This document shows positions 1-22,843 of a stretch of 28,724 nt of DNA, one piece after another; within the stretch, counting starts at the first letter, position 1, and the number at the start of each line of letters is the position of its first letter. Location of the stretch: contig JYFJ02001102.1 of assembly GCA_000934665.2 (NCBI GenBank), forward strand, positions 62,001 to 90,724, read 5' to 3'. The DNA is from Catajapyx aquilonaris. Lineage: Eukaryota. A model generated the notes under the pieces. The model searched no databases. It saw only the letters and a list, made by a program, of their open reading frames with translations, and was not told the DNA's origin. Position numbers and translations under genes: made by a program.

Positions 1-3000
1 TCCCATATGGTCATACTGTTTCAGTATCCACTAACAGTTACCAATAGCTCACAAGTATGTTACATTGTTATTGTAGTCCTATAACTACGAGACAAAAATT
101 TAGCCTATATTCATAACCTTTTTATAATTACAAAATTGAGCAGATATTTCAGAAGTAATATAGACTGCACCGTATCACAAGTGTCCTAGTAACATCATAC
201 ACCCTTTTTTGAATATTGAGTTGAATTCATCCACTTTAGGTTCACTTCCTTCTGCACGATCTGGCCATAAAACAATTTTGCTATGAAGTCGAAAACAGAA
301 ATATATCGCCAATTTTAAGCCTGGCAAAAAATCAGCTCATCCCATCATGAGTCATTTACGAGCACTTATGTAAGCTGTGGCACACCTTGCTTATGTGGAT
401 TTCAGGCAAGAACATCGCCTGCAGCCATGCTCCTTATACCGTAACTCACATCGTTTTAGTGACGCCTAGGAACGGAATTATTCAAGGCTACGAGTTTTTT
501 ATATATATAAATTGGAGTACTGCACATCATGCGATCCGTCAAAAAATCCCCATGCAACTTTTTAAATCTAGAGTAGTAGCGCAGGTTTTTGCTGTACTAT
601 TGAATAAGGTGCAAGGGGATGGAGGTGGGGGTGGGCAGACTCTCTTAATTGAAGCTCTTAAATCTCCTCGGATTGAATTACGTGAGATCCTGTAGCTAGG
701 CAAACGGTCAAGGTGCCCTTGGCTCTTCCTTTCTCCCACACACCTGAGGTATATCATTTGGTCACGCTCGTTCGAACCTGCGTCTCATTACACAGTAGGT
801 ACCAATAAGGCACAAAGTGCTCCATCCAAAAGAATATAAGACCTTTCCTAAATATTCAGTGCTTCAGGTGCAACAAGGTCAATTCGAAGTCGCCCGTGAT
901 TCCAACACCACTTTCACTTTGGCAATGACCTTCGAAGTTCCACCATTTTTTATCCAGGTGGTAAAAGGTGGGCTGTCCACGTCCTCCAGTTCTAATCATC
1001 CATCTTGGATCGAACCTTGGAAGACCTTTCGCCGCATAGTTTCCAAGGGGGGTGTATACACATTCAGATTCAAAAACCAGGTGCCGGTATACAGCCACGT
1101 GCCCTCCTGTGTTATTTCCTCGCGAACAGACGCATTTTCATCTGAAAAGCCGCGAACCGTTAAGTTTTCTTCCCCCGCCACCACCTCCACAACCCCTGTG
1201 ACTTCTTCTCCGCACGTGAGATCCTGCTTTTGAGCAACTCGAGACGATACTTCCCGTGACCAAAGACCGACTATGAAACTCAGTTTCCGACCAGCTGCTT
1301 CGTTCCTTTGGCTACAGCTTGGGGGTCCACCGCAACCATTCTCTGCAGGAAACCCTTCTTGATTGTTGCGATGAAACTGAAGACAACATGTTGGCATGGA
1401 GGCAACCGCCATGTGACATACTAGCGCCAACTATAACTATTTCTTCATACAATGTTACTGTTAAAAGTTAGCAGCAGGACAGTTGTCCCACGAGTTATCG
1501 ACCCCAGTAGGACAGTAGGACCCTAATAACACTTTAGAAGTTGTTATTAGCTGCTATTATAGGTCGTCAAATTGATTAGGGTCCCCTTCGAACTATAAAA
1601 TTGGTGTCAGTGACTCTTGTGGATGCCCCGTGCATAATCGGACACCGGGTATATGGAACCCCATATAGGCCAAGCCGTAAACCCACCAGATCTTATTCGA
1701 CGTTCCAACCATAAATCTGGTTTTTCTGTTCCCTCTTCTGCGTTGGCATTTATTGGGACAGGGACGGAGAGCTCTCGAAGGGCGCCATAAAGGTCAGTCC
1801 AAAATTGCCATCAATTGGGTTGGAAGCGATGACCTCTCTTCTTGGGTGATGGTGGAGGAAAAAAAAGAGTTTGCGTGCTTCATTTTTGGTCAGGAGGTGC
1901 TGGAGGGAACGGAAGGTAGACCCCCCTGGTTCCTAGGTGCCAAAATAACGGGAGTGTCCTCATCCATCCGTCCATGGCACAGCTCCCAACCTGGGAAGGA
2001 ACAAACACGCCCGAAGGCAAAATCCTTGCCTTAGCTCCTACTATACACTCTTGCAGACCCCAAACCTCCTCTTGCAGACCGGTTACTTCGGAAAGAAAAA
2101 TACCACGCCCTTTTTTTCCATCCCACCCCTTCAAAGCCTGCCTGTAAAACCTCCAAGGAAGTGGCCTCCGGTTTGCAAAAATATAAGTACGTGCCAGGCA
2201 ATTCTTTACACTTGTGAACCCTTGTTTACTACATGTCACCCACCCATTAACGGTGATGGTGGGAACACCATGAAATGCTGCACACTATGGGTTTGTCTTT
2301 AATGGCGGAGAGGGGATTGGTCAAGGAAGAATTGGTCACTGGCACACACACTCATCGTCACAGCTCCTTTGTTGCGCTCAGAGAACGCAATCAACCCGTC
2401 CAGTTTATGCGTAATTAGAGAAACCATAAGGATTATTCACTCTGGAGGATTTTTTTTTTCATATGGTGACCCCAGTTGAATTGGATGATTCTCTGGTATG
2501 CGTGCGTTGAAATCGCGGTCTCTTTTTGCTTCTATAGGCATACCGGACGGGTCGGCCACTCCTTGAAGTGTAGACCTGATTACAATATATTGCTCGTGAT
2601 TACGAATAGATAAGGAAACTCTGATTATAGTTGTCTCGGCTCCTGCAGTAAACTAATCCAAAGATGCAACCGGATGTAACCATTATTTTAGCTTCCATGC
2701 ACTTCCTGGAGGCATAATATTTATTGGTTCACATGTAATCGAAGGTTATATTGTATCTTCATTCATGTAACATATTCCGTTAAATTATTCTAATCTTCCA
2801 TAAGTGCAGATGAAAGGAATAGAGTGCATGATATTTCAGTCAGATGTAGCTCTGAAATAAAAAGCAATATATGATAATTTTTAAGACTTGTAATGAGAGG
2901 CAAATACGATTACAAGTATCACAGACAAAGAAACAATCATGTATCAATTGAATCACAGTGAGCGTTGGGGAATTCCAAATTAGTTTTACATGGCTGCAAG

Positions 3001-6000
3001 TAAAAGTAATAATATATATTATTTGCGTGCGAATCGTTAATATAATTATCCAACCAGTAGGGACATTATGGGAATTTCTTCCGGAACTTCTTTTTTGCCC
3101 CCCCTTTTTTAAAGCAATAATAACAAGCCAATACATTACATTTGTGCACGATTCCCACAGCGATACTCGGTGCTGATTAGACAATTATCCATGCCTTCCT
3201 AATTTTACTTTCTTATGCAGAGTGTATTCAATTAATGATATTATGTAATTAACAAGTCATTTGATTCACACGGCGTCATACACTTTTCTATATCACTTTT
3301 ACTTACAATTTTCACTTTTGCGATATGTATACTTTTTCTATTGCACTGACCTACGATTATACGCTTATACCGATAATCTCGCACCTAATCAATAGATCGA
3401 ATCCTCCTCAAAAAAATATTAACACTCCCTACAAAAAAAATTCCCGGAGAAAGAAAATGAAAACCGCGCTTTTCAGAGCGCAAGGAGAGAAACGATGGGC
3501 GTGATTTTTTTGGGCAGCAACCAGCGACTGACCTAACGCTATATCGCAGTGTTTTAGAAGGTGGGGGCTGATGACCATCCGGGGGTGGGTCCCGCCCCCG
3601 CCACACAGGAATGCTCATGGATTATGCTCTGTTTCTCACTGCGACAGGCGAAAGCAGATAAGAGAGGGAAAGGAAAAAAGAGATGGATAAGAAGACTTCT
3701 CCATTAGCCTTTTGCTTTATAGCTGTTGGCCTCTTGGGGCTAAAATGAAGAGGCGCCCACTTGGCAAATGGAGAGTATCAGAGCAAGGAAGATGCTGCCT
3801 CGGGAGAGTTTTCTTACCTTCTATATACTCATTTATGCAACATGGGGAGTGAAATCAGAGTGAGGAGAAATCTTTTTTGGCGCGGTTTGAAACAAAGAAA
3901 ATCACAAGTCTGTTCTGGATATTTGGCTTGACTTTCAGTTTCGGGGTTTATTTTGGATGTCTTGTCTTGGTACTTTTTTTTTGACGGGTACGTGGCTTGT
4001 AAAAGAGCTGCGAAAGTGTGTCCCATTGTCTTTTATCGCGTTTCTTGTAAAAATATAAGTGTGGTGCTGATGTATCAGACGGTGGCTGACACGGGGGCCA
4101 TAATTTTGCCTGAAAATAATTTTTATTGAGAAGCTGAGTGAAGGTCGATTTTTGCCTTAAGCCATATTTTTGCAGCAGCAATAAGTGCAGCAAAAATTCA
4201 AATTAGTGACTCCCATTTTTTTTTGCAAAAATTGATCACATGACATTTGAATTTCAATTATGTGGTATTTTCCTGTGGCATATTTTTTAAATAATGAAAA
4301 TAAGCAATATTGTACTGGGAAGCATGCCAAAAATGTTTGCGAATTTTACAATATTGTGGTGAGAGATTATGAGCACTCAGACTCTACAGGTTGAAATGCT
4401 TTGGCAGTTAATGCAAAATTTTGTGTTGTAGCCAGGGCCCATATAACTGTTGGATTACCAGAAATGATCATTATTTGTAAACATGTAACTGGAATTGACA
4501 AAAAAGAATACACAGATTTCTCACGATTGTGTGTTATAGCCGCTGCTCTACTGTACTTTTTAATGTTTTTTTGTGAGAAGTGAAAATTTTATTTTGGAAA
4601 AGCCCACTGTACACCACAATGGAGGAGGAGCAAAAACAAACAAACGCATAAAAAAATTCGCATTTATGACGAATAAAAACAAGAGCAGGCAAGGTAGCCA
4701 TCCTCGACTGTGTGCATTTTCGCATAATTTTCGCAACGGTGGAAATGAAGGGGGTCCTTTCATCCACATTGTGTGGTTACAGTTAGTACGGTTTGGCGAG
4801 GCTTCGCGTGGAGTGCGAAGAATTTTCGTGTGAATCACAGCATTCTCTTATTAGCATGCCGACTTTACAATTAGATTCGTCCTCACTGCCGATTCCGCTT
4901 CGGTTTTAATTGCAAGCACTTTCGGTGAAAGTATCATGCGAATCTGATCTTGAAATCTTAACGCTGTGGACATTAGTATAATACTTGCAAAATATGAGGC
5001 ATTGCATTTAATTTTTTCGTAATTATGCTACCAGATATGACCATATTAATGTTGATGAATAAATATTAAAACAAATGACTTACCATAGTTGAGAAAGTTG
5101 TCTTAGCACGCATGGTTTAATTATGAACTAATTGTTTATTCCCGTACATTTTACCAACCCCATGTATTTAACCCGCTGCAAATAATTAATAATGGAAATA
5201 ATGAGTGCATTGAGTGAATCATGCCAGAATAACTGTCTCTCAATAATAGTGATCCAGCCACCATTAATTACTAGTTTTATCACCATATCGCATGAAGCCT
5301 TCCAAGGCAAACGGCCAAGTTTGCATTGGATTTTTTTAAATATTGGCGGTAATAATATTTTGATGCTTCCGGTTTTTATCTCAGCTCTTACGATCTTATC
5401 TTATAGGAAGACATGAGACGCATCTGGTATATATGTAGAAATACGTAAAATTTATTAGCTTGATCTCTTGCTTGATTTACAATAATGCGAAAAAAAGATG
5501 CAGAAATTCTCATACAACAGCTGCCGGATTACATAACCACATTTATATTGTTATCCAATCTCACGCTGCAATACGAGTTATGTAATATACGGTATTACTT
5601 ACATTAGTTAAAAATGTACATTGCTGCTGTGAGCGTCGAATTACCCATCGGTGCACTATATGATTAAATCTATGTGAGTTACTGCTCTTGTTCCGGAGTT
5701 AGACTTGAACGTGCGTATGGTAAGGGAAAAGCGGTCATAATAGGTGACCCCGAATGCACGACAAGTCTGAAATAAAGGTGGTAAAAAAATATGGGGACCT
5801 TTGGTGACCTTTCACATTGGCAGTGAGGAAAAGAACGCGGCTTATTAGCATTGCAGGGTCTCCTATCTGGATGTGGTTGTCGTGTTTCCTCGAGCGTGGC
5901 CACAGTTTAATCCTTTCTCACAAGCCGGAGTTTTTTTGGGTACCAGGAAGGGTGAATTTTAAGACACAAAGATGTGTACCATTCCTGAAGTTTCCGCACC

Positions 6001-7294
6001 CACAACCCCACCCATATTTTTTTTATTTTTGTTTTGCATATTTTTCACGGGAATGGTTAACCCAACGGGAAAGGTGCCAAACGGAACAAAAGCAACGATT
6101 ATTTAGTAAATGTTTGGTGCACCCATGTGATGACCTTTTTAAAATCCTAAATGTGCAGAAATATTATGTGCTGAACTAGCTTTCCAACCATTCAAGGTCA
6201 CGGTTAAGTAAGACAAATGTAAATTCTCATGCTCGATTGCAAAACTTGAATAATGTTAAAAGAGCAAACAACTAACTTATACATTGCTGGCATCACCTAA
6301 GTTTATTTTGAACTTTTTATTATTATTAATACAAAGACGCAGCGTAAGAATATTTTTCTGTCATATTTAGTGTCATAATGTTTTTTACATATGCGGAAAA
6401 GACACTTCTGCATTTTTAATTTGTTATATAAATCGTTTATGTAAAAAAACCGGTTGGATACACGTGTTGAAGCCCCTGCTACTTAATGAACCTTGTAGAT
6501 TATGTCACATAGTCTGACCAGCTAATTATAAATTACAATCACCATGATTGGCTAATTAAGATTGTGTGACCATCAGGGGGTACCTCACCAAACATCCTTA
6601 AACTGTACCTGAAGATTACATCCGAATACACAATCACTATACCGGTGTATGATTTACTACTGCTTAACCCCCATCACTCACATTGCTGACACGTTATTGT
6701 ATAATTTTATTCCAGCAATATTTCATAGGCTCGTGACAGTCTAATACGATAGACCTAATGAGTTGCAATTACAAATTCAGATCACTCGATATGTGGTTTA
6801 CCGGTACTTTTCCGTCCGGATGTTGACAACCGGTAACAAATCTCAGTCTCGGTTTTTCAGAGACGCCAAGACTCTCGAAGGATCTTTTGGCAACGGGAAA
6901 TCGTCTGATGGTGGTTGGTTGGCTGTTGGTACAACGCATGCGCCACATCTTATGGGCCTGAGGGCATCCTCGCTCTTGGACTTGAGTGGCCCCGCTTTTG
7001 CCTCTCCACCTGAACCAGGCATCCGTGCAAAAGGGGGGAGAGGGGGGGGGGGTGCCCAACACACCACCAACCACCCCTAGCAAACCCCAGCCAACCAACC
7101 ACCACTGAGAAGGCCCGACCTTGTGGGTTCCCTCAGTAGCAGTCGGACTGTTGGATCGCGTACACGTTAGTTCGGTCTGCTGTTCCCCCGTTTGACAACA
7201 GTGAGTGCCCAAAAGGCTCGGGATGAGCACTAGTGAGACAAGACAGTGAGCGCACACATTTGGGAGTATAGTGTCCTAGGAAGAAGGTGTCATC

Positions 7295-19582
<12,288 letters not shown>

Positions 19583-20127
19583 GCAACAATGCAGGATGTT
19601 TTCATCCACCTCTCTCTCTTCATTTCTCTCGTTCTGTGAGCAGGGAAGACACTATGGTGACAGGGAGATAGAGAGATAAGAGAGAGAGAGTGTGTGCGAG
19701 ATTTGATGTATAGTACCGGTACTGTTTTTTTTTCTTCAGGGGGCATGGATTAGCAATTCGACGACAATCTAGCACCTAGACCAAAAAAAAAAAAAAATAG
19801 TGCGGTTTCAAAATTTCCACCACAATCCCCTTGGTATCTCTAAATTATATTATATATAGTATAAATATTATATAAATGTATTTTTGTTTCTCCTCCTCAT
19901 TCACAAATAGCAAGAAATTCCATTCTGAGACAATCAAGATAGAAGAGTAATTTGCACTGCTATTTCTAACAATTCCAGTTCCTCCACATTTTATTGTGTA
20001 GTTAGCTGTAGAAATGTAAAACGAAGAAAAAAAAAAACAGTTAACTTTTTCCTCCCCCTGCGTTTCTGTCGATGTGTAGTATTGAGATTGTTATCGGTGG
20101 CAGTGAAGCTGCCTCAAGACTGTTGCT

Positions 20128-20185
20128 TTATTATTATTATTATTATTGCTATTATTATTATTATTATTATTAATTATTATTATTA
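20128..20185. repeat. Imperfect (ATT)n microsatellite downstream of the svb stop (probable 3' UTR)
   Basis: About 58 bp of TTA/ATT units with two interruptions. Confidence 0.9.
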
Positions 20186-21099
20186 CTTTCCGTCTGCTCT
20201 ACTAGTTACACACTGGTAATATTGTGAATAGGAATGAGATCTTCATTTTTCCAGTTTTTCCCTTGGTTCTCACATGGATTTGTTTGGATTCATTGTCATG
20301 TACCTGTGATAGAGACTACTCGGACTTGGGAATCTCTTCAAGTACAATTTAGGTCGAATAGTATCAATATTGTTTGCTATTTTCTCTCACATCCTTTCGC
20401 CTTCCATGTATGAGTCTGACTTGTGAGTGTAATTTCATTGTGCAACAATATGATGGGACTTTAGTGGACATTGGTGAAATTTTCGTTCTGTGTCGGGACA
20501 AGTGAGGGAACTATTTTCCAGGAAGAGTTGGGTGGGACCTGCGGCCCTGTTACTTACATCTCTAGTTTTTTTTTTTTTTGGAAGTGTTGCATGACCACCG
20601 GTTTACTTGCAAGAACGTGTTGTCATTAATAATTCACTATCAAGGCATGTTTGTTACTCCGGAAGGTCTACACACTTGCCAATTGCAACACACATGCGTG
20701 ATAGTCAGAAATTTATAGCCAGTCAGCAGTGTAAATTTAAATTTGCATGCATGAAATTTGAAACTTAATTGCAATTTGAAAGACAATCCAAAGAATAATT
20801 CTGACAAATGTTGCTGTCCGTGACAATCAATTGGATCTACATTCTTGGAAATTTTGATGGTATATATAGGATAGAAAGTGATGTTGGAATATTGAGCTAA
20901 CATTCATTCAGATGTGAATTTTTTTTTTTTGTGAGAATTTTTTCTTATTTTATTTATGAACCAATTCATGTGTGACTTAGCTATTTAATAATGCGACACC
21001 TTCTTGGAGAAGCATTTTTGTTCTTAAAAATCAAGAGTATGGTAATAAGTTGAGATATACGGTAGTTATCTCATGTACTTGTACATAGGATGTGCACAG

Positions 21100-21105
21100 A
21101 ATAAA
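21100..21105 (+). promoter_or_regulatory. Candidate polyadenylation signal (AATAAA) of svb/ovo
   Basis: First AATAAA I found after the stop (about 1.5 kb), with TGTA upstream. An alternative ATTAAA lies at 22293-22298. Confidence 0.35.
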
Positions 21106-22384
21106 AAAGGACTGGTTTACTGGCTTAGCTCTTGTTTCATTATTATTTATTATTCTGATGGATGTGCATGTTCTACTGTGTGCGACCCGATGATCTTGAC
21201 CTCGTTGAGTGGGAAACGACCCCAGGACTTGCTTATGCATTCTGGGAATGTTCCCAACACCTTTCGCATCAGGTCAACTTCGATGCAGTGAACAGGAACT
21301 ATTTTTTAAATACTACGAGTACTTGTACTGTACAATGGTATTGATGATCTATTGTAGGTCGGCAGACTAGAAATTTTATAGAATTTTAAAACCTCAGCAA
21401 CAACTTAAAGGAAAAGCAACAATTCCAATGATTAGGTGTGCTTTAAAATGGGGTTCATTACCCTGCTCAGCTCTTGCCCTGCTTGACTGTCATATCTGCC
21501 AATGTGGAAAAGAAGCAGTGAGATGTGACAAGTCGCACCTCTAGGTGCAAGTGTGGTTGACAGTACGATGATTATACCGGTACAGTGGCTGTGCAGGATT
21601 GTCACCCGCTGTGCCGTTGTGCTGGTGGTTCCAGGGGGCAGGTGCACCTCCTGGACCGATAGATCTGAGGTATGTCTAGACAGTCAAATGCCTCAACCTC
21701 TCCATTATCATTCGTGTCCCATACTGCCATGTGTGGACATTTCTGTCTAGTTCATAAGATGATAGCATCCTAAGAAAAGGCTGTACATATCCAATAGATT
21801 ATGAGGGCACGTGAACAAGTCTGTCCTTTTCTTAAAATAATACTAACAATCATTGTTTTTTTAAAGAGTGTCAACGCATATTCAAATACTATGCGAAGTA
21901 GATTCCAAGCACTCATCTGCTTGGATATACAAGAAATGGTAATGAGTAAGGTGATGGGAATAGGCCCCTGGCAGCTACTTGACTGTTTCTCTCCGGCGAT
22001 TGAGGTCCCAATTTAGCAAGCCTTTTTTTCCGTCAAGAGTTGTCTGCAAGGCAAGGAGCCAAAAATGTCGAGTTTGGCCTCAGGCCCCATCCGGAAGTGA
22101 TTCCTATATGCAAACTCCCCCACATCATGTCACCACACAAGCAAAAAAAAAAGTCTACTTAAAAATGTGATTTATTATGTGTTGGGTGATACATGAGTTG
22201 TGTCGCCAAGTGCTTCTGTAATAGTCCGTTTGACAATTACTTTCCAATTAGTCTCATTTTCAGCAGTTAGTTCGCTGAATATGTTTTACAGTATTAAAAC
22301 ATGAAGTTTGTTAAAAATATTTGGTAGAATTAGAGAGCCACCTCATCTGGCAGTACTGTTGTGTTGAGGTGTGGGTATAGCCTA

Positions 22385-22390
22385 TTTATT
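22385..22390 (-). promoter_or_regulatory. Candidate polyadenylation signal (AATAAA) of the 4TM gene
   Basis: AATAAA on the minus strand about 240 nt after the stop codon; a second one lies at 22171-22176. Confidence 0.45.
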
Positions 22391-22630
22391 TATCCAGGGT
22401 CAGTCAAAAAAATGTCTTATCGTATGATCGCCACTCTTTTGAAATAGAGCTGCACCACTCTGTTAGTCACACACACTCACACACCCAGACCTTACAACCC
22501 TTACATCATCAGTCCTACAGTTTAGTGCAAAATTAACCATTGTCGATTGAGTGTGGATGGCACACGATTTCTTTTTTTTAAAAAAAAGAAATGGCAGTTT
22601 GGTCTCAGTGGAAAGGTCACCTCCACCTCC

Positions 22631-22843
22631 TCATCTTCCCTTGAGCACTTGGTACTGGGAGAAGACCACCAGTAGGCAGTACACCCAGAAGAGGAAGACC
22701 ACGAGGACCACCACCAGCATGAATAGGTAGAGGGCCTCCGCGTGGACTGCTCCGTATGCGATTTGGATGATCAGGCTGATGATCCCAAACACCACTATCA
22801 TTGCTGTCCATGAAATCCACGGAAGCAACAACATGTGTTTATC
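22631..22843 (-). CDS. 4TM gene coding exon 4
   Basis: Acceptor ttttttctctctcccAG; encodes DKHMLLLPWISW...FSQYQVLKGR*. Confidence 0.88.
   Translation of the reverse strand, partial: DKHMLLLPWISWTAMIVVFGIISLIIQIAYGAVHAEALYLFMLVVVLVVFLFWVYCLLVVFSQYQVLKGR

Noticed and set aside
1497..1518. IDPS..GQ resembling a Pri/Tal LDPTGQY peptide
   Set aside because: It needs a frameshift and has no start codon or repeated smORFs; I found no pri-like locus in the window.
387..2302. Overlapping 70-144 aa ORFs on both strands
   Set aside because: No recognisable domains, many non-ATG starts and no coherent splice structure; consistent with chance ORFs.
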